The notes: a model not told the origin generated them from the sequence alone. Shown: positions 1 to 12,790, numbered from the whole stretch's first letter. The stretch: DNA of 54,435 nt, filler included, from Bipalium vagum (GCA_037834085.1; 3 parts of 3 records of this genome joined end to end with filler, not necessarily neighbours in it), one strand, 5' to 3'. Numbers and translations are program-made.

Positions 1-156
1 AACTCAACGTAAATATTGCAAACATTTCAATGTTAAGAAGCCACCAACAGCCTTTATGATTATGTAATTAATTAAACATTTCTGAGGCCAGGGGTCCGTA
101 AACGATTTGCAAAGTTTGAGAAGACCGTGCCAAACCAGAAATAAAGATGTTATTGA

Positions 157-1092
157 ATGAGTACAAAAGAATATTGTGGAGGACTCAGAAACATCAACTC
201 GAAGATGTTCTTTGCAATTAGGCATTTCTCGAAAATCCTTACAACGAATTCTGGTAAGGGAACTATAATTGTTTTCTTACAAAAATCAAATGGTGCAATA
301 TTTAAAGCAGACAGACCAAAAACAAGGAATAACCTATGTCCGGAAATTTCACATGAAAACTTCCTGCAGAATTTGATAATGAGTGACGAATCCCACTTTC
401 ATCGAATGGATTCTTCAACAAGCAAAATTATAGAATATGGGGATTTGAAAATCCAAGGGCTGTTCACCAGAGAGAAATGCACAGTTTGATGTTGTGTTTC
501 ATATGAAAAGATCAAAGTGCCATATTACTTTGAGGATGTTAATGGGAATGCTGTAACAATAAATGCTGAGCGATATCGCGATATGATAAAAACATATTTG
601 TTTCCTGCTGTTGCTGACAATGAACTGATGTGGTTTCAACAAGATGGAGCCACTGTACACACGGTGAAACGTACCATAGAACTCTTACGTGAAATTTTCT
701 GTAATCGGATAATTTCCAGAAATTCGACATTAAACTGGCCTTCTCGTTCACCAGATTTATCAGCACCAGAATATTTTCTTTGGAGATATCTGAAGGATAA
801 AGTTTATATTAATAAGCCAAAGTCCATTCAACAAATAAAGAACAATATTCATGACGAAATTAAAGCAAAAAAACCCTGAAGTTTTAGCAGGTGTCATGGA
901 AAACTCTATAAAAAGAGCCAAATTTTGTGAGGCAGAAAGTGGTGGTCATTTGAAGGACATAATTTTCAAAATCTAGTTTAAAAAAATCTCAGTGAATTAT
1001 TGTTTATGTATAATATTCAAAATAAATAATTGTCTGGAATATTTACTTTTACTATTATTTAAAATCATTAAGTTACTTTTGAGCCACCCTAT
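157..1092 (+). mobile_element. Degenerate rosa/DD41D-type Tc1/mariner transposon (catalytic domain and right TIR)
   Basis: Frameshifted ORFs give MSDESHF, WFQQDGATVHT and WPSRSPDLSAPEYFLWRYLKDKVY. There are 41 residues between the QQD Asp and the third acidic residue. A TIR-like end TTACTTTTTGAGCCACCCTAT is followed by TA at about 1072-1093. Confidence 0.85.
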
Positions 1093-1479
1093 ATAATTGT
1101 AATTTTTGTGTTGTACCACCTCTTAAATTTTTTTACTCATAACAACGAGTTAAAATATTAACATTTATAGATTTTTCATTCTCTATTCTACTTAGAAGAC
1201 TTAATGCAGATTCAAGATTTTAAGTTAATTCTGGAATAAATAGAGTCATATCTATTATTTTTATTTCTTTATTTCCAGTTTAAAAAATATTTCTTTTTCA
1301 ATTACTATTATTCTCCTAAAATCTAATTTACCTTGTATATTATAAATCAATCTTTTATAATATTTTAAAAATCCAAACATTAAATCTAGTAATCATATAA
1401 TTATTTTCTGGTTTTATAACTATTATTTTTATCTCCTTTCCTGTTATCTGGTATCAATTCACAATTTTCTTCATTATTA

Positions 1480-1596
1480 TTCTCATTATTAAACATTCTT
1501 CATTCTTATCTATAATTCCATATGCTATTGGTGATGCATAGTAAACTTCTTTGTTGATAAAAATTTCATTTTTCCATTTTGCAGAGTATCCTTTTT

Positions 1597-1597
<1 letters not shown>
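1480..1597 (-). mobile_element. Fragment resembling the C-terminus of a Maverick/Polinton integrase
   Basis: Manual minus-strand translation EKGYSAKWKNEIFINKEVYYASPIAYGIIDKNEE resembles the recalled Polinton integrase motif FEKGYxxNWSxEIFxIxxVxxxxPxTYxLxDxxGE. Confidence 0.65.

Positions 1598-1600
<3 letters not shown>

Positions 1601-1678
<78 letters not shown>
1601..1678. repeat. (AAT)26 microsatellite
   Basis: Perfect AAT repeat read directly. Confidence 0.98.
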
Positions 1679-1679
<1 letters not shown>

Positions 1680-2960
1680 GTGAAGAACGGGTAGTAGCGT
1701 ATGGATCGCTATTAGAAGGGTTACTGTGTAACAAGAAAAGAATTGCTTGCTATTTACTATTTTTGCAAACATTTTAATTATTTTTTGTATGACTGGAAAT
1801 TTTTGTTACGGACAGACCACAAAGGAATTACATTTATGATAAACACAAAGAACCCAATCATGTTCCAGTTCCAAAAGTGTATCATTTGAGCTTAGATATT
1901 CAATTGGAGTGCCAAAAAGGGTCAGACCACAAAAATATAGATCTACTGTCTAGGCCAAAATGTGATACATGTACTCAATGTCAGATAAAACATAAGGAAG
2001 TAAAGAGAGAAAAAATAAAAACGAAACCTTGTAAAACATTGTAGATATAAAACCTCAATGCGATAAAGAATAATAAAGAAAAATTTGATATCTCAGGTGA
2101 AGAATCAATAAATAAAATTTAAGAGATTCACAAGCAGGATCAGAAAAAATTGAATATTTATGAAAGACAGATACAAAATGAAGAACATGGGAAAATGATC
2201 CAGGATATCGTGAGATTTGTTAAAGAAATTAAAAGCAAACCACGAGGAGAAAGAAGGTAATCATAAAATTAGAAGAAACTGAACTATTTGCTGATATATA
2301 TATTGATATAAGCGGACCCATGAGATGTACAAGAGGTCACAAGAAATACCTGTCGTAAATGAGAAGTTTAGCAAATATGTAACATTAACAATACAGAGAG
2401 GATGATATTACATTGTGGAAGACGATGCTAAATAAATGGATACTGCAATTTGGATGTCCAGATCGAATGATTCAAAGTTCATGAGACAAATGACTAAAAA
2501 ATGTAAAATTGAACTGTACTATTCATTTAAATATCATCAATGCACTAATGGTCAAATAGAAAGGCAATTTTCTACAATAAAATATTTCATTAATGCCACC
2601 TTGTATGAGTGATTGGACAGAAATTTTGCCAGAATTATTGTGATAAATGCTACTTTACAAAAGACGATCAACAAGAATAGGGCGGAAATGGTCTTTAGAA
2701 AAAAATATTCAAAGAGAATTCTTATGGATTAACAAAATCCTAAGTGGACAGAAGAAAATTACCAACTCAGCGAGAAGCTGAAGTTTTGAAGAAGGTAAAG
2801 ATATGTTGGGCAGAAATATGGGATAAGAATTCAGAGCGTTTCGAATATTCATACAAAGTGATAAAAAAAATTATGACAGAAAGTACCTTCTGCAAAACAA
2901 GAATGGAAAGAAGATAGAAAGAAGCGTAGAGAAGATGTAGCGATTTTTTTCGAGAGTGGA
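1679..2960 (+). mobile_element. Degenerate Ty3/Gypsy pol remnant A (RNase H C-terminus and integrase)
   Basis: Pieces translate to GEERVVAYGS, GYCVTRKELLAIYYFCKHF, LLRTDHKGI, YIDISGP and YHQCTNGQIERQF, with many stops and frameshifts. Confidence 0.85.
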
Positions 2961-3000
2961 TGTAATGAAAGTAATTAAATTTATTATTATTATTATTATT

Positions 3001-4696
3001 AAAGGAAGTCAAATTCCTCGGCCATACTGTAAACAAAGACGGTGTTCAAACAGATCAATCAAAAATAGATGCTCTCCGAACATTCAAGTTACCCAAATAT
3101 GTAAAAACCCGAGGAGCTTTTTGGATACCTGCAATTACTATAGACGATTCATAAAAAGGTATGCAGATAAAGCAAAAGCTATAGAAAGATTTTGCGGAAC
3201 AAATAACAAGAGATTTATTTGGACTCTAGAAGTAAATATAGCTTTTGAAGAACTAAAAGAGGTACTGATATCCAGCCCAACATTATTGTTTCTAGATATG
3301 AATAAAGAGTTCATTCTTGATACTGATGCAAATTTCGACACAATTGAGGCAGTTTTGTCACAGAAAGATTCAAATGGTCATGAAAGAATGGTAACACATG
3401 GATTATATTCAATGAATGCTCATGAAAAAGGTTACTGTGTGACACGGAAAGAGCTGTTGGCTGTGTAATACATTTTGTAAAAATTTCAACCATTATTTAT
3501 ATGGGAAACGGTTCACATTACGTACGGATCATAAAGCAATAACCATGCTGACAACAAAAAAATCAATTACATCACAATTTCAAACGTGAATCAATTATCT
3601 CAGTAGTGTAAACATGAAGCTAGAATACAGGAATGGGATCGCAATTTCAAATGCAGACATGCTTTTAAGATTTAAATGTGATACATGCGCGCAATGTCAA
3701 ACACAGTATGAAGAACCGAAAATGGGAAGAATTAGGACAAAGATTTACGAGCAGTAACAACAAAAATACGTCAGCTAGAGACGGAAGCAGAAAAAACTAA
3801 AATGTCAGAAGATAAAACGTTTCAAGATATAGTTTGGTCGGCTCATCACATGTTGGAGCTGAAAAAGATTACTATTATTTGAAAGACAATTACTCAATTC
3901 CAAATTTGAAGGAAAAAGTTCAGGAGATCATTAAAATGTTGGACTTGTCAGAGATGTAAAGTCGTCACAACAAGGACCAAGGAAGGGGTACAGAAAGTAG
4001 AAGTGTCAGAACTTTTTGAAGACATATATGTAGATATATATGTGGTCCTCTAAGAGAAACTACCGGTAGGAAAAAATATATCCTTGTTATTATAGATAAA
4101 TATAGCAAATATATTTCTTTGACCGTGATTGTAAGACAAGATGAAAACAAAAGATGAAGAATAAAGATAATTATGAATAATTGGATACTGAAGTAAAGCA
4201 TTTGAATCTAATGTCATGAAGGATTTTGCAATGAGAGTTAATGTCAATCTCTGTTTTCCGAGTTCATACCATCACAACAGAAATGGTCAAATAGAAAGAC
4301 AATTCAAAACTGTGCGCGATTGGTTGTACGCAACTTTAAGCGAAAGAGGGACAAAAGACTGGGCCGAGATCCTTCCGGAAATAGAATTTGCTCTCAATAC
4401 AAAAGACAATCGGAATAAGTCTGGCTAAAATGGTTTTTGGTAGAAAGATCTACAGAGGTAGAATATATAAGACAGCTGAGAAACAGATTTTGAAAATAAA
4501 AGATATAAAGAGAACATCTGCCGCAGGAGGAAAAATGCTAGTGAAGGTCGAAGCCCAAAGAAAAGAAAATGAAAGATATGAAGGACCATATGAGATCATC
4601 ATAAGTCCATGACCGAAGATAAATCTTACAAAAGTCAAACGGAAAGAGATTTGAGAGAAATGCCGAGAAAATTAAAAACTTTTTGAGAACAGGGTA
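3001..4696 (+). mobile_element. Degenerate Ty3/Gypsy pol remnant B (RT end, RNase H, integrase, GPY)
   Basis: SFLDTCNYYRRFIKRY, FILDTDANFDTIEAVLSQ, GYCVTRKELLAV, FTLRTDHKAI, IYVDICGPL, YILVIIDKYSKY, SSYHHNRNGQIERQFKTVRD and YEGPYEI. A purine-rich tract followed by TG at about 4685-4698 may be the PPT and LTR start. Confidence 0.92.
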
Positions 4697-4901
4697 TGCG
4701 GTAGCTAATTAAGCTTAGGGAATTTGTTAATTATTTTAAAATATTTAAAAATATATTTATAAATTAAATTTTGAAAATAAACTTTTTTTGAAAATTAAAA
4801 AAAGAATTTCCAGGTCCGAGAAAATTCTTTTAAATATTATTTTTTTATCATTTAATAAACTTATTCAAAAAATTACTTGTAGTTTTGATTATGAACCAAT
4901 T

Positions 4902-5029
4902 NNNNNNNNNNNNNNNNNNNNNNNNNNNNNNNNNNNNNNNNNNNNNNNNNNNNNNNNNNNNNNNNNNNNNNNNNNNNNNNNNNNNNNNNNNNNNNNNNNN
5001 NNNNNNNNNNNNNNNNNNNNNNNNNNNNN
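4902..5029. other. Assembly gap
   Basis: Run of N. Confidence 0.99.
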
Positions 5030-5197
5030 AAATAAAATAGATATATTTAACAAAATTAAGATATAAAACAATACACAACTTTTGGTATTAAAATCTGGTT
5101 AAGATTTTTCGAAATGTTCCAGAATTATAAAACCAATTATAAATAATATTTTCAATAATCTTTTATACTCTTTCATTCATGTCAACGAAGGTTTATG

Positions 5198-5457
5198 TTA
5201 ATACTGTCCAGTGAACAACGCTTGGCAAATGATAGGATAGTTGAGCTCTAAGTAATATCTACCCTTACCCCAATCAAGTATATTACCAGATTCTACTACA
5301 GCCACAGATTTGTTGGGAATATTTTGCAGCTGTAAATCAATTATCTGCAAATGATCCAGTCCACTTTGAACTGGCTTAGTTCCTTCAGTATACATCAATG
5401 CCATATGAGCCCGGCAACCAAAGGGACGCTTAATTTGTTTTGCTCCATTTAGTTTCA
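5198..5457 (-). CDS. cnp: CNPase-like gene, last coding exon (2H phosphodiesterase C-terminal part)
   Basis: Acceptor ttttag, phase 1 matching the upstream exon. GCRAHMALMYTEGTKPVQSGLDHL...WGKGRYYLEL...ALFTGQY* aligns by eye to vertebrate CNP GSRAHITLG...AVQTGLDLL...GNGRWML...AIFTGYY. Confidence 0.9.
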
Positions 5458-5785
5458 CTAAAAGTAATTTAAAGTAAAAATAATTAACATATATTTCAAT
5501 TTGGACGATGTTATGGCCGATTAATGATAAAGATCTAAGTTTTGTGATCATGAACAAAAAATAAAATGTTTTAACTATTGAAAAGATTTTGCAGTGTGAA
5601 ATCATGTGAGTCGTTAGTAAAATAAATCTGATCACTTTGGTTCAAGCATTTAATACGTATATATATCAGTATTTTTACTAAATCATACAAAAAGATCATT
5701 AATAAGTGATCTGGAAATGTGAAAGCCTACCTGAAAGGTACTTACTATACATATTCTCAGACATTCCTTAAGAAGAAAGCTTATA

Positions 5786-6480
5786 TTAGATGTCCAAATA
5801 AGTTCTTGCCGATTTTACTAAAATGACATTTCATTAGATAGTTTATATTTATTTCTCAGAAAATCAATTTGTTCTATTAAATTACTTTAAATCAAGCATG
5901 TAATTTGTTACTTAAAATATCAATAACTCATATTTAAAGTGTTTTAGTAGTCAAAATGACGGACTCAAATTCAATCAATCACTCTTGCTTACTGTATAAA
6001 TTTAAGGTTGGGTTCAATGCCTCAGAAGGCAGATGAAAAATTTGGAAATTGTAGAAGATGCAGTAAATGAAAGAAATACTCGTTTTTAATTCGAAAAGTT
6101 TCGTTCTGGTGAATAGAATCTGGAAGATGCACCAAGATTTTGGGGACATGTCATGATGATGATTTCAGAAAATCAGCTGAGTCAGATTCAAGTCAAAAAT
6201 GTCAACGATGAAAAATCAGACTACATATGCATCAGATTGAAGATGATTTAACTTCAGAGAATAGATTCCATAGACTGACAATATGCTCTTCTTACCTTTA
6301 TCGGCTAAAGTAGAGCCATTTTTCTATAGAATACTGACATCCGATGAAAAGTGGGTAATGTGTTCTAAACCAAAGAGGACACATCGTTAGTTATCTTCTA
6401 CAGGTTCCTTACCACAAGTTCCAAAGGCTGGAATTTTCCAGAAAAAGCTTTTAATGGGTGTTCGGTGGATTTGAGAAGGA
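5786..6480 (+). mobile_element. Degenerate mariner, 5' part, inside a cnp intron
   Basis: Left TIR-like TA|TTAGATGTCCAAATAAGTTCTTGCCG. Pieces LYKFKVGFNASEG, FEKFRSGE*NLEDAPR and PFFYRILTSDEKWVM. Confidence 0.85.
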
Positions 6481-6707
6481 ATGTGCATATTTTAAAATAG
6501 TTTAAAAATTCATGTTTTGATAATAAATGTTAGTATTCCAATTTCTGGTAGAAAATAATGTGAACATTAAACTTCTTCGTGTTAATAATAATATATCCTT
6601 AGAGTTTACTGTTTTAATCGTTTTCCCTTATTAAAAGTGAAAATTAGAACTTAAATTAAAACAAAGAAAAATTAAAAATACAGTAATATGAAAAAATAAA
6701 AGTATAC

Positions 6708-7028
6708 GTAATCCAGATTTCTTGCTTAGACTAGTTGGTTTTGAACCTAACTTGTTCATTGCGGCACTGATATCTTCATTATCATCTCCTGCCCACAACT
6801 GAATCTGCTTAGGACCAGCTAGTTGTATGTGACCACTGAACGTTTTTGGTGTGAGTAAAAGGCCTTTAATATGCATTGGGAATAATTGATAAAGACTTTC
6901 TTGTACAGCCCCAGACTTCATATATGCTTCTCCATCTGTAACAGATCCATATCCACAGAATTTCGTTGTAACATGCAACCTTTCCGTTTTCACCGTCCAG
7001 TGATCCATGAGGTCCGTTTTGGAAACAA
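6708..7028 (-). CDS. cnp: CNPase-like gene, internal exon (first HxT motif)
   Basis: Acceptor ttctcag and donor gtatac, phases consistent. LHVTTKFCGYG...LLLTPKT aligns to vertebrate LHCTTKFCDYG...LFVTPKT. Confidence 0.92.
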
Positions 7029-7549
7029 CTGAGAACCAAAGGAAATCAGGTTTCATTAATAAAAATGTTTTAAAAAAAATAAAAATATTTTCGTATTTTG
7101 ATAATTAAAGATATTTAAGACTTGAGCGTTTCTAAAGGATGCGATTAATTATTAATTATTAATTAATATTTTCTTATATTAAGTCGATAATAAATAGAAA
7201 CAATTATTTCCCTCTTTCAAAATAGATAAGAAATAAAAAACGAGGACCAGTTTTATTAGAAATTTATTTTCTGACGCAAAGACAGTTATTTTCATCTGGG
7301 ACGACGACTGCTGATGGAGAAAATTTCAGCGGCACATCTTAATGAAAACTTATTAATTTATTAATCGGTAAAGTTACATTGATTTTGTGATTATGTATTT
7401 AATTTGGATTTCTAAACTTTTCTGGACAGAAATTTCTGATTTTTTTTTCAAAACAAATTTCTGATTTGGCACAGTTTATTTGGACTTAAATTTCATGTCC
7501 ATCTATTTTTTCGTTCACACTTTTAAGTGTGTCAATCGATTAAAACAAA

Positions 7550-7551
<2 letters not shown>

Positions 7552-7598
<47 letters not shown>
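7552..7598. repeat. (AAT)n microsatellite
   Basis: Read directly. Confidence 0.95.
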
Positions 7599-7600
<2 letters not shown>

Positions 7601-9617
7601 TATTATTATTAAGAAGAAGTAAAGAATAAGAAAAAGAAGAATTTAAAGTAATTATTTATAAATGAAAAGATATTCTATCTCTGATTTTAATGATTAATCA
7701 ATTTTGTTCATCTGAAGATGTTTCATAATTTTATAAATAAAAATCAGTGTTAATGAAATAAAAATATTAATAAAATTAGTGGTTATCATAAAGTATACAT
7801 TTAGTTTTCAAAATTGGACATTCTCAATTTAATTAATCAATAAAAGAGGTAAAATGATTTCAATAATTTTTGTTTAAATTTTCATATAAACCAAAAATGA
7901 TATACAAATTCTAAAATATGTATTATTAAGAGAGAATTTTTTTATAGAATCTTTTATAAAAAATTTCAAAGAAAAAAATCTCTTTGGAAAGGATAGTTAC
8001 GTGAAATGAATAAAAAAATGAACATCGATTTTTCAATTTCAAGCTCTTTAAGAAACCCGAAAGAAGAATTAGAGATTGATTCACTGTAAAGAGTCTTTAA
8101 AATGGATTAAAGTTAAAACTGAAGATAAATTTTTGAATAGTTAAGAATAAGGTCAACTTTTGTCACTGCATTAATGTGGATCAAAGTCCACGTAATGAAT
8201 AAGTCTTTAATCCAAGTGTTGATATTTTAAGTAATTTAATCAAAGTATAAATTCTGTGGAAACTTTTCCATATTCAAAGTACTCTGAATTCAAAGAGAAA
8301 TGTAACCGGTAAGAAAGAACATGTTTTAAAATATTGAACAGGGTCGTGAAAGACTCAACAAAAGCCCCTGTACTTTGAAAAATTTATGAATAAAAATAAC
8401 GATAATTATTATATATTGCTTATTTCAAATTAAAGAATTTTTTCAACAAATCAATTCACTTTTTATTAAAAATTTAAGAAAAACTTTAACAATTTAAAAT
8501 TATAAAATTGAAAAAAAAATTTAAAAAAATAATATTAATAATAATTTATTGGACTTAACATTTATAAAAAATAAATTGGATATTCTTGGATAAATTTGGA
8601 AATTCTATATCCTCAAATGAGTCAAGATCAGTATAAGTAATAGTAAAAATAATTATTATTAGCTGAAGAAGGGAAAAATATAGAATAATAAAAATTAATT
8701 AACAATAATTAAAGGGAAAATATTCTAATATCAGGCTGTCCCACATGACGTGGTGGTTTATAAAATGTAACTAAACTATTAGGTATGGGAATTAGTTCCC
8801 ATCGTTTTGTTATTAATCATTATTATAAATATCGTGTGTTTGTCATTGAAAATAAAACTAAAAAGTAATATTGTATACTATATCTATAAGATATCAGTGG
8901 TTAGTATTTGTTTTACTTGATTAAATAGGTTATTTATCTTAGCAAAATTGCAAAATCATAGACCAAGAAAACAATATTTGAGGGAATCATTATCATTGAT
9001 TTCGTATTCTAATGCGAGCAAATAACAAGGTTGAGAATTACATGAAAAAACCAGCTGAAAATTGAAAAAGATAAATTACGTGATTCCAAAAGGATAGTAC
9101 TCAACCACAAATATCTTTGGTGACCATAAGAAATTGAGAAAGTAAGTCCAATTATTATTATTCAAAAAAATTTATTAAAGATCACAGAGGTCACGAGAGA
9201 GTCGGAGTGCATTTACAGAAACATGGAGAAAATCATCCATCAAAACGAGAAATATTTGATTTAACAATAATTTGGAATTAAAATAAAATCTGGCCTTTAA
9301 TTAAAAGTCGTCCTATATCTTTCTCCGTCCTATAAATAAAAACAATAGTGTTGTTAAAAGTGAGATGGATCTACCAATAATAATTATCTATAATATAAAA
9401 TTTGGTTCAAAAGGAAAAGTCATGTAAATATAGCATCTAAACATTAATTCAGAAAGTCAGATCTTGATGATCTAAAACATTAGAAGACTGAGAATGTACT
9501 TATAATGAGAAAAATAATTAAAAGGTTGTTCACCAAATCCATGTTATCAGTTGTCATTACTTTTAAGTTGCACAATAAATAATATATAATTAAAAGCCAC
9601 AATATAAAATTATTTAC

Positions 9618-10083
9618 ACTCAGGGAGATCACATGCTGCTGCAAGACCCAACCGTATTTCCGGTATGTTTATCATTAGTTCAAGTATATCGTTGGCAAAT
9701 TGTAAAATGTGATCACTATCTGAATCATTGAGAAACCATCCAAAGTATAAAGGAATTGCAGATTCGAACTCATTGATTGATTTTTCTATTTCCCATATCG
9801 GTTCTGATCTCGTACTTTTCTCATGTAACTGCTCCAAATCAAATCTCCATGGTGTTTTTGGCAAAACTACAACTATCAGATAATCAAACTTGATTGCGAG
9901 ATCGACGTGGTTTTTGTAATCCCAACATTTGATATGAGGGTTATCTATGATTACAGGAGACTTTCCAGACTCAAGAGCATGATAAATTTGATTATGGCAA
10001 AAATTTTCCGCTTCCTTCATTTTAGAACGATCAAGTCGATACGAACCATCATTTTGTATAAAATATTGATCTGATGAACATAC
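9618..10083 (-). CDS. cnp: CNPase-like gene, internal exon (N4BP2/PNK-like kinase domain and start of the 2H domain)
   Basis: Acceptor taacag and donor gtaaat. VCSSDQYF...PVIIDNPHIKCWD...PKTPWRFD...PLYFGWFL; PKTxW and PLYFGWFL are CNP hallmarks. Confidence 0.92.
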
Positions 10084-12447
10084 CTGTTATATATATTCTA
10101 TCTATTACAATTTAATATAATATAAATATTAAAGTAAAATAATACAATTCAAAATTCATTGAAACAAAGATCAATTTCAAGATCAACAGGAAACATCTTT
10201 CTATACATTGTTAAATAATATAATATATAAATTATACGATAAATAAATAATAAAGTTAAATGGTAACGAATAACAACGAAAATTGATATAAATAAAAATT
10301 GAAACAAAGCAATCCCTGAAATTAACTTATTGATTGAAATTTAAATACATTGACTATCTTTCAATATTATTTAAACAATGATTACTCTATTTAAAATACA
10401 GTTAAATGTCTGCATGTAAAATGGGGAATTACTAATTACTTTCTTGCCATCACTATATAATATAGTATATATACTTTATACTTATCCAGTTACATGCTTT
10501 TTAGCAAGTATTGTTAGTAAAACTATTTCAGGATCACTTTCGATTTCTAATATTTAAATTTTGATAATACCAGATCTCAAGTCAGTCAATAAATTTTTTA
10601 TTTTTTGTTTTATATCATAAAGATGATTTTTATGAGATGAATACAAAAGAAATTTTATCTTACAGATAATTGTTTGAAAGAAAGTAAAATAATAATAATA
10701 ATGATGATAATAATACTAAAAGAAAAACGAATTTAAATAAATAATTAAAAATATAACCTAAATTCTTTTAAGAAAATATGAATTTGTGATATCTAGATGA
10801 TTAAGTATTATTCTGGTTTGTTACCAGGCAAAAGAATAGTAATACCAGAATCAGGCAATTTATTTTTATATATTTTAATATTTATTAATTATCTCTTCTT
10901 CAGAACACTAAGACTGCAAGATAATTTTATATTTTTTAATTGGTCCAACTAAGTTTTATAAATGAATATGACATGGCATTAAACAGCTTGCAAAGAGATG
11001 GCTTTTGACTATCGAATCAAATGGAATTTATTTTGAAATTTGATTTTCATTTTGTTTTCTTAATTATATGTTGCTGTTTTTCCTCAAAAACCGCACGGAC
11101 TCTTGGTTCAGTCTAACAATCAGTTATATTAAGAGTGTCTCATTCAGCAGCTCATGTGTTGAAATTTTCAAGAACAGAATAAACACGCATTATTAAGAAA
11201 ACTATTTTTATTGATCTCTTTACTTTTTTATACTTTTCTCTGAAATGAAAGTTATAAAAAGACCTAACTCCATTTTAATCTAAAATTTATTTGAAATTCA
11301 GTATCGAAAATAAAAAGACAGATAAAAATCAAGATGAAAACAATGATTTGTATGAGTATAAAAATTTGCATTCAACGCTTTCAGAGTAATCGGAAAAGAT
11401 ATTCATCTATGGTGACCAAACCGAAAGAGCCATTCCGTTAGGTTTTCTCCATTCCAGATTTCCAAATTAAGTTTAAAACGATTAAGTTCGGACTTTCATC
11501 AAGCCGATAGAAAGCCTCTTATTTAATGCAATAATTTATTATTTATCATGTATTAAAATAAAAAAAGTTATAATATTTACTTTGACGAATATTCATAATA
11601 ATCTGTTAAGTCTCCATAGTTCTGTTTGTAAAAATGAAAAAAGAATTAAAAATTCAAAAATAAAGCAATAAAAAAAATTTCTCTCTAAATTTTTTTAATT
11701 GGACAGACTTTCATAAAGCTATGAAGATTAATGATGATCGATCCATAGCTGTAAAGATCGATTTTTATCAAACAATAATAACAAATAGCATTGTTCCTGT
11801 TCTAAAGGTTAAGAAACGCTTTCTGTTAAACCCGTGAAAAATCGGTCATTGATGAAAAAGTAAAAATAAGACAAAAATTAAAGAAATCAATCATTTTTTA
11901 TTTCGTTGTCGGTTTGATGGAAGAAATCAACTATCGCAAAAAATAATTTTAGACGATTGTTATCATCAAATAAGAAATCTCCTTCGATTTCAAGTAGATT
12001 ATTCTCCCAGACTTTCGGGAATAGTGATATTTTTATGTCTCATTCAGTAATGTGAGATCCTTTATAATAAAAACCAAGCTAAATATGGTTGATGATCAAT
12101 AAATTCGATACTGAATATCATTTCTAAAGTGAAAAGTATACGATGCAGAGAATGGGATCGGTGATGACTTCGTTAATATTTTTCTAGACTGGTTTTGTGA
12201 ATAATGCGCCATGTGATTAGGACGCAGCGTCAGCTGAAACTTATTCCGTCTGATAATATGATACGCAAAATTAGCGATTGGTGTTTTAAAAGACCTAAAT
12301 CAACTAAATATAAATAATATTACGAGTAAACCTTTTTTGGAAATGCTGAATAAGAGATGATAATATTCAGATAGACAGAGGAAATTATTATTAGACAGGA
12401 ATTGTAGAGAAGCATGGTATTTTGCTACGAGTTTATATTCTATAAAG

Positions 12448-12790
12448 CAATGGTGACCAATTTCCCATTTTTAAGATCTTGGCAACCCCAAAGAAAATCA
12501 ATATTACCAAAAATAATTCATAACTCACGATAACTAACCGATTCTATTAATAAAATCAACCTATAATAATAAGATTATCAGATAATAATATTACCTATAA
12601 CAAACTTAACTGTAGTAGTTAAGGTAATTTTGAACAGAAGTAGTCAGCATCACAAACTATTTATTTAAGAGCATCATAAAATATGAATTTTCACATTTAA
12701 TGATTTGTACACCTATCATAATTCGGCGACCTCTTTAAAAATGTTTGCCTACACTATTTGAGATCAGGACATCGGGGTTGAGAAACACTG
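12448..12790. mobile_element. hAT (Charlie-like) non-autonomous element
   Basis: Right end GGTTGAGAAACACTG and degenerate left end CAATGGTGACCAA. Flanks CTATAAAG and CTCAAAAG match at 6 of 8 positions (candidate TSD). Confidence 0.6.

Noticed and set aside
1525-1734. Poly-Leu ORF (and poly-Ile/Thr ORF at 37471)
   Set aside because: Translation of microsatellites.
4788-5078. ORFs spanning the N gap
   Set aside because: Artefacts of translating Ns.
11581-11621. 41-nt candidate cnp exon
   Set aside because: Has a stop in the frame required to join the phase-0 acceptor at 10083.
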